64,000 bases of DNA from a virus. Taxonomy: Duplodnaviria; Caudoviricetes. Location: the IMG/VR virus record IMGVR_UViG_3300027278_000003; one strand, given 5' to 3'. The first letter of the stretch is position 1, and each line of letters starts with the position of its first letter. This document shows, one piece after another, positions 28,653 to 37,643 of this stretch. The position numbers and the translations under genes are program-made. Below the pieces are notes generated by a model that made no database searches, was not told where the DNA came from, and saw nothing but the letters and a program-made list of their open reading frames with translations.

Positions 28653-29361
28653 TATATGAAGCGAAAATACTCAATCCGGTCTTTTCCATTATGCCATTCC
28701 TAGTAAACGCGCTTGCACAATGTATTCTAGCGCAATCAAAAACAATAACATCGCCGGGAACCCAGTTGCAAGTCTTTTCTATACTGAATCCTTCTAGCCA
28801 ACGTTTTTGCATAAGATGCTTGAAGTTTCCTTCTGGCTTTCTGCAATCTTCGTGTATACCATATATGTCTGAATAATCGTATAGTGGAATGTTAAACGGT
28901 GAGTCCATTTCTGGTCCACCTTTGTAGCATTTCACTGGACCTTCAACGTACATTTGATCGAATACATAAAACTGTGCATCGTCATCTCTGTGTTCCCAGT
29001 CATCTCTGTATATCTTTTCCAGTGGTATTACAATGCACTTTGCTGGAATAGTAGAATGATCATCTTTTGGTACATCGTTATGAATGCCATGTGGGACTTT
29101 GACGTTGAAATAGTTACCACCAAATATTTCAAGTTCGACATTCATATCTGTGCATACACGATCAACTATACTTTTGAATACTGCATCGTCCCAAGGAGGG
29201 ATACCATTGACAGGTCCACTCGACTTGAAAATCTTTTCATTATCTCGTTTGAAGATGCCGAGCAAATGTGACACTTCGTCGGCGGTCAGATACTTTTCAA
29301 ACACAACTGTTTCGCCAGTCCGTGAGATTATTTCATCAATTTGTTCTTGTGATCTTTTCAT
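28648..29361 (-). CDS. 2OG-Fe(II) dioxygenase-like protein
   Basis: HGIHND (HxD) and W.PGDVIVFD..RIHCAS. Confidence 0.6.
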   Translation of the reverse strand: MKRSQEQIDEIISRTGETVVFEKYLTADEVSHLLGIFKRDNEKIFKSSGPVNGIPPWDDAVFKSIVDRVCTDMNVELEIFGGNYFNVKVPHGIHNDVPKDDHSTIPAKCIVIPLEKIYRDDWEHRDDDAQFYVFDQMYVEGPVKCYKGGPEMDSPFNIPLYDYSDIYGIHEDCRKPEGNFKHLMQKRWLEGFSIEKTCNWVPGDVIVFDCARIHCASAFTRNGIMEKTGLSIFASYR

Positions 29362-29428
29362 AATATTTTCCTTGACACGATGCTATTTATTTCATATAAT
29401 GATTGCATATAAAATATTGGAGTATGCC

Positions 29429-29677
29429 ATGACACATGAATTTAAGTTTGCGTTCACTTCCCGTGATCAGTTTTATGCTGTTGTTAAGTTTCTTAATTAT
29501 GAATGTGGAAAGGGAAACTGGACCATCAAAGGGAAAGTTTTGAAGGGATTGAAACGTATTGAACAATATAGTCAATATTACAAGAGTTACCACAATTCAG
29601 TTGAAAAAGTGGTTGTAATTCCGGAAGATAAGAGCTATGTTGAAGCTATGATTCGTTTTGTACATGGTGGAGAATAA
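29429..29677 (+). CDS. Hypothetical protein
   Basis: GGAG SD; start refined. Confidence 0.6.
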   Translation: MTHEFKFAFTSRDQFYAVVKFLNYECGKGNWTIKGKVLKGLKRIEQYSQYYKSYHNSVEKVVVIPEDKSYVEAMIRFVHGGE

Positions 29678-29678
29678 T

Positions 29679-30695
29679 ATGACAGTACGCAAAGTGGGTT
29701 TTGCATGTAAGTACATGCACGCCGATCGTTCCCTACAAGCAAAAGTTCTAAAGGAAACAGAGCAACCACTTAACTTTCGCGGTACCACTATCAAGTGGCT
29801 ACGCGAAAATCAAGACGAAGCAGAGCGCCGTGTCTATGAGATTGTTGAACATAATTTGAATGCTACTGAGCGTTTGGTGGATTATGTTAGCACTCTTCCG
29901 CTAGAACAGCGTATGCTTCGTCTTGGTAGCGACATGCTCCCTGCTTACACTGAAAAGCAGTTTGGTAATTTGACTAAAACTAAATATATCACCGATCTTA
30001 TCGAACGGCGTCTTGCATCAATCGGCGATAAAGCACGGTTGAATGATGTCAGACTATCAATGCATCCCGGACAGTTTTGTGTGCTTGCATCAGATAATCC
30101 AGACATTGTTCAAAACAGCATTGAGGAATTTGAATATCATGTTGATATCGCAAGATGGATGGGCTACGGCAAGCAATTTCAAGACTTCAAAATCAATGTC
30201 CACATCAGTGGCCGCCAAGGTCCAGCCGGTATCAAAGCCGCGCTTAAACGTCTCTCACCAGAGGCAAGAAACACTATTACAATCGAAAACGACGAAAACA
30301 AATGGGGAATTGGAGACAGTCTTGAGCTTGCAAACGATCTCGCTCTGGTGCTAGACATTCACCATCATTGGTGTCATTCAGGAGGCGAATATATTGAAGC
30401 AACGGACGATAGGGTTAAACGAGTTATTGATAGCTGGCGCGGTGTGCGTCCCGTTATTCACTACAGCGTATCTAGAGAAGATTTACTTACCGAGCATTCG
30501 ACAACAGACCGTCCAGACTTTGGATCCCTGTTTGATCGAGGATTTAAAAAGGCAAAACTTCGCGCACACAGCGACTACATGTGGAACAGCGCAGTCAACG
30601 AATGGGCTGGAACATTTAGAGAAACATGCGATATCATGGTAGAGGCAAAGTGTAAGAACTTGGCTAGTATTCCATTCGAGGAGGCAACACGGTAA
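29679..30695 (+). CDS. uvsE: UV DNA damage endonuclease UvsE
   Basis: RLSMHPGQF, INVHISG, TIEND, VLDIHHHW, HSD, DIMVEAK.KNLA. Confidence 0.95.
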   Translation: MTVRKVGFACKYMHADRSLQAKVLKETEQPLNFRGTTIKWLRENQDEAERRVYEIVEHNLNATERLVDYVSTLPLEQRMLRLGSDMLPAYTEKQFGNLTKTKYITDLIERRLASIGDKARLNDVRLSMHPGQFCVLASDNPDIVQNSIEEFEYHVDIARWMGYGKQFQDFKINVHISGRQGPAGIKAALKRLSPEARNTITIENDENKWGIGDSLELANDLALVLDIHHHWCHSGGEYIEATDDRVKRVIDSWRGVRPVIHYSVSREDLLTEHSTTDRPDFGSLFDRGFKKAKLRAHSDYMWNSAVNEWAGTFRETCDIMVEAKCKNLASIPFEEATR

Positions 30696-31246
30696 TGAGT
30701 AGAGATATCTGGGTAATCAGCGACACCCACTTATTTCACAGCAACATTCTAAACTTTAAGGACAAAGACGGCGTTCGTTTTCGTGGTGAACTGTTTGACA
30801 ATGTTGACCAAATGAATGAGTGTATGCTTGAAAACTGGAACAGTGTCGTTAAGCAAGGTGATATCGTGTATCACCTTGGCGATGTCTTTATGGGCGATAA
30901 AGAAGACTTCAAGAAACTGTGGCCCAAATTCAATGGCAGCAAACGTCTCATTGTTGGCAATCACGATGATATTAAGTTTCTATCAAGTGGTGGGTTCTTT
31001 GCAAAAGTTCAAATGTGGAGAATGTTTCCAGAATTTGGTTTGATGTTTAGTCACGTCCCCCTTCACGAAAGTGGATTGCTACAACAGACAGACAAAACAA
31101 AAGTGTGGCCTGATGGATGTGAAACACTGCTAAATGTTCACGGGCATATTCACCAACACGATAGCCCAGAAGGTCCATACCGCAACGTATCAGTTGAAAA
31201 AATTAACTACACACCAGTAAACATTGAGGAACTTCGCAAATGGTAG
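30695..31246 (+). CDS. Calcineurin-like metallophosphoesterase
   Basis: SDTH, YHLGD, GNHD, SHVP, NVHGHIH, NVSVE. Confidence 0.92.
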   Translation: MSRDIWVISDTHLFHSNILNFKDKDGVRFRGELFDNVDQMNECMLENWNSVVKQGDIVYHLGDVFMGDKEDFKKLWPKFNGSKRLIVGNHDDIKFLSSGGFFAKVQMWRMFPEFGLMFSHVPLHESGLLQQTDKTKVWPDGCETLLNVHGHIHQHDSPEGPYRNVSVEKINYTPVNIEELRKW

Positions 31247-31488
31247 AAAAGGTTATGGTTGCTGCGATTAGCATTGGTCTTGATAAAGAAATCAGAGGTA
31301 CATGCCGTAACGTTCTGCTTGGCTTCTGTAAGACGGAACCGGGACAATATTTGGTAGAACATGCACAACGGGTGTATGATTCTTTTTGCGCCATCGGCGA
31401 TTATGAAGGTGGCACAGTAAACATCTGGGCGGAATTTGAAAATATGAATGATGCAATGATGTATGTAATGAGGTATGGAAATGATTGA
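31240..31488 (+). CDS. Hypothetical protein (dispersed small-protein family)
   Basis: AEFENMNDAMMY. Confidence 0.6.
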   Translation: MVEKVMVAAISIGLDKEIRGTCRNVLLGFCKTEPGQYLVEHAQRVYDSFCAIGDYEGGTVNIWAEFENMNDAMMYVMRYGND

Positions 31489-31726
31489 TCCGAACACTTT
31501 AATTGAACTAGCAGAGACCATGGGAATACAAGATTCTATTGATTGGGATAAGTCTATGCTAGACAAAGAAGTGGCATATGAAAGTATGTCCATAACTACG
31601 CTTGAAATGTTTGAAAACATCCAATCTTCGGATGACAAAGAAGTATTGCTACTTGCGACTATTCTAAAGTTGATGGTAGAGAATTTGGCACTTAAAATTG
31701 ATGCACAAAATCAAACGGATAATTAA
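31475..31726 (+). CDS. Hypothetical protein
   Basis: ORF in operon. Confidence 0.65.
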   Translation: MEMIDPNTLIELAETMGIQDSIDWDKSMLDKEVAYESMSITTLEMFENIQSSDDKEVLLLATILKLMVENLALKIDAQNQTDN

Positions 31727-31946
31727 AACATTCAACATAAACGATGGATCAGAAGATCCAGGTATGTATGCAAGTCTAGCAATACAGGATTGGGTAGAAG
31801 AAAACGAATGGATTCGTGAAAAGATTTCCACTGGTGACGTGGAACTAGATATGGTTCGTAATCCAGCAACACTTCAACTTTGCTATCGTATAGTGTTGAA
31901 TGCAACGCAGGAGGAACATGCTTACTACATGTTTACAAACGAATGA
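31698..31946 (+). CDS. Hypothetical protein
   Basis: ORF in operon. Confidence 0.6.
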   Translation: MMHKIKRIIKTFNINDGSEDPGMYASLAIQDWVEENEWIREKISTGDVELDMVRNPATLQLCYRIVLNATQEEHAYYMFTNE

Positions 31947-32407
31947 AAAATAATGACACATATCATCCAATAACAAATGAAATCAGAGACAAGATAAAAC
32001 TCTTGTTGTCTGATTTTTCCCATTCTGCACTAGGGACTATAAACGCAGAATTCCCAATGGTGACCAAAGTAGTCCCAATGATATTAAACGATGAAATCTA
32101 TTTGTTGCTTAGTGATCTAAGTGAACACACACGAAATATTTCAGATAATAAACGCTGTAGTGTATATTTTGCTGGTGTAGAATTTCACAAAACAAAAATG
32201 AATAATCCTCGCGTTACATTTAGCGGCACGATTGAAAAACTTTTGCTTGATAAATCGTCAAATGAATATCAAAATCTGTTAAGTGAATATTGCAAAGTAG
32301 ATAGCGGTGCGCAGATGTGGGGAATGTTCGGGGATTTCAACTTTTATAAACTTACAGTTAGTCGTACTCTTTATGTTGAAGGTTTTGCAAAAGCATATGT
32401 AGAATAA
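31943..32407 (+). CDS. Pyridoxamine 5'-phosphate oxidase-like split barrel (HugZ/heme-utilisation-like)
   Basis: LGT....P....V, LLSDLSEHTRNI..N.R.S, NPRVT..G, FGDFNFYKL. Confidence 0.75.
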   Translation: MKNNDTYHPITNEIRDKIKLLLSDFSHSALGTINAEFPMVTKVVPMILNDEIYLLLSDLSEHTRNISDNKRCSVYFAGVEFHKTKMNNPRVTFSGTIEKLLLDKSSNEYQNLLSEYCKVDSGAQMWGMFGDFNFYKLTVSRTLYVEGFAKAYVE

Positions 32408-32409
32408 AC

Positions 32410-32437
32410 TTGACATCCTCGCGAATCATGCTATAAC
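32410..32437 (+). promoter_or_regulatory. sigma70-like promoter with CGAATCA
   Basis: TTGACA-16-TATAAC. Confidence 0.8.
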
Positions 32438-32471
32438 TAATATGTAAGCAAAGAGAAGGATTGGAAGAATA

Positions 32472-32921
32472 ATGCTGGTAGTATTTGACATTGACGGAAC
32501 CTTAGCAAACATCGAGCATCGGCTGGATTATGTTCGCAGCAAACCAAAGAACTGGAAGGCGTTTGACGCTGGCATTCCGAATGATGTTGTGAATCCACAT
32601 GTGGCAGCAGCGTTCTTTGCTCTGCGTGATGCTGGTCACGACATTGTGTTTGCCAGTGGTCGTAACGAGCGTAGCGGTGATGCTACTGTAGCATGGCTGG
32701 ATGCTAATGGCTTTTGGAGCGTTGATTCGCATCTGTTCATGCGTAAGGCAGACGACTTCCGCAGCGATGACATTGTCAAGCAAGAAATCTTGGATCAAAT
32801 CATTGCGGACTACGGTAAAAAGCCTGACATGGTGTTTGATGATCGTCCACGTGTTGTGCGCATGTGGCGTGATAACGGTATCTTTGTTTTTAATGTATAT
32901 CAAGGTGAAGAGGACTTCTAA
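32472..32921 (+). CDS. HAD phosphatase, Pnkp 3'-phosphatase-like domain
   Basis: FDIDGTLA, SGR, LFMR..DD.R.D..VK.E, FDDR..V. Confidence 0.9.
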   Translation: MLVVFDIDGTLANIEHRLDYVRSKPKNWKAFDAGIPNDVVNPHVAAAFFALRDAGHDIVFASGRNERSGDATVAWLDANGFWSVDSHLFMRKADDFRSDDIVKQEILDQIIADYGKKPDMVFDDRPRVVRMWRDNGIFVFNVYQGEEDF

Positions 32922-33250
32922 TGTCACTAATTGAAAAACTTAAATGGTTCTGGAACCCACAAACCGAAGCAGAGAAGGCTTACGAAACCGACCCTCTTCG
33001 TCGGCGTAATCAATTATTGAAAGTTTATATCAAAGGAGTTGACAACCCATTTATCAGAGTGTATAGTCAAGAGGATGTTAGGGGTCGTGATTGGGTGTTT
33101 AGAAACGCTAACGAGAATTCGTTTAACTCTGATCTTAATAGTTGGCTTGATAAACGTGGTAGTGACGGAATTCGTATTGGTAACGTTTGGCATGCTCCAG
33201 AATCAATTGATCGAATCGAACTAGGTCAACAAACTGTAGAGGAACTGTAA
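32921..33250 (+). CDS. Hypothetical protein
   Basis: TAATG coupling. Confidence 0.65.
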   Translation: MSLIEKLKWFWNPQTEAEKAYETDPLRRRNQLLKVYIKGVDNPFIRVYSQEDVRGRDWVFRNANENSFNSDLNSWLDKRGSDGIRIGNVWHAPESIDRIELGQQTVEEL

Positions 33251-33420
33251 TGCTCGGAGTTACACTAGCTATTATGTTTGCGGGCTATATGATTGCTGAC
33301 GCTATTCTATTCGTGAATGGATATAAAAGTTGGATCTTTTACGCCAAAACTGATCAAGAAAAAGCAGTTCGCCAGAGGTGGTTCCGAGACCGAGAAATTC
33401 AATGGGATGAAGAACAATGA
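33250..33420 (+). CDS. Small membrane protein, 56 aa
   Basis: Translated by hand; coupled on both sides. Confidence 0.6.
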   Translation: MLGVTLAIMFAGYMIADAILFVNGYKSWIFYAKTDQEKAVRQRWFRDREIQWDEEQ

Positions 33421-34043
33421 GTGCTTATCCTTGGTCTAGAATACAATACACTGATCTGGCAACCGAAGCATATGTTCTTATGAATGAGAACGAAATCAAC
33501 GGTTGCGAGTATCACAACAACAGTCATATTGAAGCGATGTATCAGTATCTTGAAGATACAAACGTTCCATACGATTCCAATCTTGATTGGGCAGTAATGT
33601 TTCACGACATTGTGTATGATAATCAACCAGATAAAGAAGAACGTTCTGCATTGCTATTCTACGATATGTGTAAACAATATAGCGGATTTAGCAATTATGA
33701 AGTTGATTTGATTGAGATTGGTATTCTTATCGGGCAGACTATTCGCCACGAAGTCACAACTTGGTCAAAAGATACTCATAAAGCACTTATTCGTGCAGAC
33801 CTTCACGCATTGACTGACAAAGTGCAAACAACAAATAACTTTGTAAGGATTATGAATGAGTCTATGAACTTGTATGGTTGCACGGTTGAAGAATTTGCAC
33901 GAAACAACATTTCGTTTATGCAAAAACTCAAAGAAACTATGATGCTGAATATTTTGGTTGACAATGTGAACGAATCATTCTATAACAGTGTCATAGAGGG
34001 TATTGACACAACTCGCAAACTAGCACAAGCATTGGAGAAATAA
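33417..34043 (+). CDS. HD-domain phosphohydrolase
   Basis: YHN..HI, FHDIVY, EERSA, ADL. Confidence 0.8.
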   Translation: MSAYPWSRIQYTDLATEAYVLMNENEINGCEYHNNSHIEAMYQYLEDTNVPYDSNLDWAVMFHDIVYDNQPDKEERSALLFYDMCKQYSGFSNYEVDLIEIGILIGQTIRHEVTTWSKDTHKALIRADLHALTDKVQTTNNFVRIMNESMNLYGCTVEEFARNNISFMQKLKETMMLNILVDNVNESFYNSVIEGIDTTRKLAQALEK

Positions 34044-34579
34044 TGTCTGAACCTATTTGTTATGTAATGGTTGGCTTGCCTGGTTTGGGCAAATCCACTA
34101 TTGTAAATGGTATGTATAAAGATGTTGATACTTTCATTTACAGCACTGACCAATTCATTGAAGAAGCGGCCGCCAACTTTGGTAAGACTTATAATGAAGC
34201 GTTTGAAGATAACATCAAAGCAGCAACAGAGTCCATGAACGCACTGTTAGATGATGCAATTAAAGAACAGCGAGACATCATCTGGGACCAAACCAACCTT
34301 GGTGAAGGCAAGCGTAAGAAAATCATCAACCGTATGAAGCAAGCGGGATACCAAGTTCGTTGTGAATGTATCATTCCACCAGAAGCAGGGTGGTTCGATG
34401 ATCAAAAAGCGTGGGCCTATCGCTTGCGCAATCGTCCTGGAAAAACTATTCCACAAAACATCTTGACTAATATGATCGAATCATTTACTGTCCCTACTGT
34501 AGCGGAAGGTTTTGATATGATCACTTTCTACAATATGCATGGTGCCTTGCTTGGCATTGATTATGGAGTTGACGAATGA
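34043..34579 (+). CDS. P-loop kinase, Pnkp 5'-kinase-like (AAA_33)
   Basis: VGLPGLGKST, STD, DQTNL...R, EGFD. Confidence 0.85.
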   Translation: MSEPICYVMVGLPGLGKSTIVNGMYKDVDTFIYSTDQFIEEAAANFGKTYNEAFEDNIKAATESMNALLDDAIKEQRDIIWDQTNLGEGKRKKIINRMKQAGYQVRCECIIPPEAGWFDDQKAWAYRLRNRPGKTIPQNILTNMIESFTVPTVAEGFDMITFYNMHGALLGIDYGVDE

Positions 34580-34725
34580 AGCAGTACATTGTTGAAGTTT
34601 ACGTTGCAGATCAAAAAGTAAAACAGTTTGTAACTGAATCCTACGATATTGCCGAAACCATCGCAGAAAACATTGCTGACGATATTACTGACACACGTAT
34701 CAAAGAAGTAGAACTAGGAGCATAA
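34576..34725 (+). CDS. Small hypothetical protein, 49 aa
   Basis: Translated by hand; ATGA coupling. Confidence 0.55.
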   Translation: MKQYIVEVYVADQKVKQFVTESYDIAETIAENIADDITDTRIKEVELGA

Positions 34726-34728
34726 GAT

Positions 34729-35859
34729 ATGCACTACAAGTTTCCAGAAATTCGCCATCTTGACGATGTTCTGCCTTACATTCAAACTCGCGGGGAATTC
34801 ATTCTAGCGGAGCGTGAAGGTTACAAGGTAGTAAACTACGTTGTTGCTATGGCTGATACGTTTGATATGACTGGACCTGATGATTTAGGTGGTGCTATTC
34901 GCCGTGAATGCCGTGGCCTTATTTTTGACCGTGAAGGCTATATTATTTCGCGTCCATTCCACAAGTTCTTCAACATCAATGAACGTGAAGAAACTCAATC
35001 TCACGTGGTTGATATGTCGCAAGATCACATCATTATGGAAAAGATGGATGGTTCAATGATCCGTCCTATCGTGGTTGACGGCTATCTTCGTCTTGCTACC
35101 AAGATGGGTGTAACCGAGGTTGCGATGCAAGCAGAAACGTGGCTTGCTGCACAAGACCCCGCCAAAAAAGAGTGGATGCGTGACGCTTTTGACCGCAATG
35201 AAACTCCTATCTTTGAGTGGATTAGCCCGTTCAACCAGATTGTTCTTGCATACGAAGAAGCAGACCTTGTTTACCTTGGTAGCCGTAATAACTTTACTGG
35301 TGAATACATGTTTGACGAAGCGGCACCGTTCACCAAGGTTCCTCGTTATGGTTCGGTAGAAGGTAATATTAGTGACTACATTGCCCGCCAGCGTCAAGCA
35401 GAAGGTCGTGAAGGTGACATCATCCGTTTTGCTGATGGACACATGCTGAAAGTTAAAAACGATTGGTATGTACGTATCCACAAGACTGTGGATCGCATTG
35501 TGTTTGAACGTAATATCGTTAACTTGATTATCAATGAAGAAATCGACGATGTTATGCCGATGCTGCCGGTTGTTCAAGCTAACCGTGTTCGTAACTTTGA
35601 AATTCGTTTCTGGAAAGCGTTTAAGCAAACTGAAAACCGTCTCTATGGTCTTCGTATGGCGTGTGATCAATCGTATGAGGGTGACCGCAAAGCAATCGCT
35701 ACGCAGTTTGTTCCGACTGTGGAAGACAAGCAAATGGTTCCTCTGTTGTTCCGTGTTCTTGATGGTAACGATGTTCGTGATGTTCTAATGCAGCACGTAG
35801 AAAAGCAACTGTTTACTAACGTCAAGTGGGACGCTTGTGCAAAATGGATGGGGATGTAA
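34729..35859 (+). CDS. rnlA: T4 Rnl1-like RNA ligase
   Basis: RECRGLIF, RPFHKFFN..E, EKMDGSMI (KxDG), FEW, EG, LKVKNDWY..H. Confidence 0.9.
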   Translation: MHYKFPEIRHLDDVLPYIQTRGEFILAEREGYKVVNYVVAMADTFDMTGPDDLGGAIRRECRGLIFDREGYIISRPFHKFFNINEREETQSHVVDMSQDHIIMEKMDGSMIRPIVVDGYLRLATKMGVTEVAMQAETWLAAQDPAKKEWMRDAFDRNETPIFEWISPFNQIVLAYEEADLVYLGSRNNFTGEYMFDEAAPFTKVPRYGSVEGNISDYIARQRQAEGREGDIIRFADGHMLKVKNDWYVRIHKTVDRIVFERNIVNLIINEEIDDVMPMLPVVQANRVRNFEIRFWKAFKQTENRLYGLRMACDQSYEGDRKAIATQFVPTVEDKQMVPLLFRVLDGNDVRDVLMQHVEKQLFTNVKWDACAKWMGM

Positions 35860-35876
35860 AAATCCCCATCTTTTTC

Positions 35877-35904
35877 TTGACATCCTTGCGAATCATGCTA
35901 TATT
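35877..35904 (+). promoter_or_regulatory. sigma70-like promoter with CGAATCA
   Basis: TTGACA-16-TATATT. Confidence 0.8.
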
Positions 35905-35934
35905 AATAGAGTAGTCAAGAGAAGGAATCAAGAC

Positions 35935-36174
35935 ATGATGCAGTTCAAAGTTGTTAGCGAAACTGTTGCTGTTGCTACTAACAGCATTAAACCTGTTCGT
36001 ATCGAACGCTTTGTTGATACAAACAACTATGATCGCAACCATTGGATGCTGTATACGCCAGAAGGTGGACTTGATGATGCGTTTACGTCTCGTGGGCCGT
36101 TCGTTTCATTTGATGCTGCAAAGCGCAACGCCGAAATGAATGTTGGTGTGACGATGACCTGGGAGGCAGCATAA
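35935..36174 (+). CDS. Hypothetical protein
   Basis: ORF behind a GANTC promoter. Confidence 0.7.
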   Translation: MMQFKVVSETVAVATNSIKPVRIERFVDTNNYDRNHWMLYTPEGGLDDAFTSRGPFVSFDAAKRNAEMNVGVTMTWEAA

Positions 36175-36345
36175 TGGCATTGATGTCGCAAAGGCGAACT
36201 GGTTGGATACGGGGTTGTTCCAAGTAGCAGTTATGACCCACGTAAAGATTCACACACGTATGTTCCAGAACCTCCGAAATCAACAACTAAAAAACCTGAC
36301 GCAGAAGTCATTCCGTTCAATGTGATTAAAGGCGATAAAGTATGA
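36174..36345 (+). pseudogene. Probable frameshifted small gene
   Basis: TAATG-coupled ATG 36174 stops early; the +1 frame (CRKGELVGY..GDKV) runs to an ATGA overlap with the next gene. Confidence 0.4.
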
Positions 36346-36683
36346 AAGTAGAAACTCCTGCAACTGGCATCCTCAAGCAAGGAGACTTTGGTGATGCAAT
36401 GTTTTATTACGTGCAGTGCGATTGTGGCAGCGAAGATTGCGCACATACGATTGAAGTAGAGGCAGATGATAGCCACGTACAAGTTCACTTATACCACACG
36501 CAGCATACCAAGTGGTGGGAAAAAAACCGTTGGAAACAGATTTGGCAGATCGTTACCAAAGGTTACGCCGAAATGCAGACTACGATTGTGCTAACCGAAC
36601 AAACTGCATTGAACTACAGTGCAGTATTGGAAAGTGCCGTAAAAGATGTATCAGATTTCCGTGATGCAAGAAAGAAGCAATGA
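36342..36683 (+). CDS. Hypothetical protein
   Basis: ORF in operon; CDCGSEDC. Confidence 0.7.
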   Translation: MKVETPATGILKQGDFGDAMFYYVQCDCGSEDCAHTIEVEADDSHVQVHLYHTQHTKWWEKNRWKQIWQIVTKGYAEMQTTIVLTEQTALNYSAVLESAVKDVSDFRDARKKQ

Positions 36684-36815
36684 TTCAAGGCTGTTGCGAT
36701 AACACAGATATTGTCCGCGAAGAAATCAATGTGGAACTTCGCGGGTTTACCTTTAAAGTTATTATCACATTCTGTAAATCTTGTGGTAGCAAAAAGCATA
36801 CTAGTGGAATAAGCG

Positions 36816-37142
36816 ATGGTAAACATATCAGCAAATGAATTAATACTTGAAAGTTTGATGTTTCAGATAGACGCAACTGAAAACTACCTTAGTTATCCAT
36901 ATGATGATGTTGTGACAGAACATACCACCAACGATGGTTGGAAATATTGTAAAAACTCCAGAAATGAGTTGCATAATCGTAAAGGACCTGCTATAATAAC
37001 TAGTGAAAATACTGGAACTTTTTACATCAACGGCATTGAACTTGATCCACATGACTGGGTTCGTTATGCTGAGATTACAGATGAAGAAAAAGCGTATCTA
37101 TTATTTGTTGTAGATGCACAACCTGTGAAGTTAGGACCATGA
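36816..37142 (+). CDS. Hypothetical protein with LH..GPA motif
   Basis: LHNRKGPA..FYING. Confidence 0.65.
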   Translation: MVNISANELILESLMFQIDATENYLSYPYDDVVTEHTTNDGWKYCKNSRNELHNRKGPAIITSENTGTFYINGIELDPHDWVRYAEITDEEKAYLLFVVDAQPVKLGP

Positions 37143-37406
37143 ATGAACACATATCAAGAATTATTAGCACTCACCGCAGAAGAATGCGGGGAACTTGTAC
37201 AAGTTTGTATGAAACATCTGCGTAAATTTGAAAAGAAAAGTGAGGTTGATGAAAAATGGCAATCCAAACTTATCGAAGAAGCAGGTGATGTGTATTGTAT
37301 GCTTGAACTACTGGTTGAACATGGACTTGTCACAAACAAACAACTTGAAGATCGCGCAAATGTAAAGCGCGAAAAACTAAAGGTATGGAGCAAACTAGTA
37401 GATTAA
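37143..37406 (+). CDS. MazG-like nucleotide pyrophosphohydrolase
   Basis: AEECGELVQ..K...L.EEAGDV. Confidence 0.8.
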   Translation: MNTYQELLALTAEECGELVQVCMKHLRKFEKKSEVDEKWQSKLIEEAGDVYCMLELLVEHGLVTNKQLEDRANVKREKLKVWSKLVD

Positions 37407-37642
37407 TGTCAAATAGTAAAAAGCCAAACCCGCTGAACAGTTTTAAAGTTACGCGCACTGCGGAAGAAAGTAACTTGACAACTGACGATTTTGCGTTTAT
37501 ATTTGACATGAACGGAAACATTCGTTGCGTTCAAATGCCAGCGTTCCTAGCAGACGACGACTTGCTTCCTGACGATATTTCAAAGATGTTGGAATATGTA
37601 TCTGCTATGGATTTGATGAAGCCAAAGAAAGTAATGCATTAA
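37406..37642 (+). CDS. Hypothetical protein
   Basis: TAATG coupling. Confidence 0.65.
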   Translation: MSNSKKPNPLNSFKVTRTAEESNLTTDDFAFIFDMNGNIRCVQMPAFLADDDLLPDDISKMLEYVSAMDLMKPKKVMH

Positions 37643-37643
37643 G

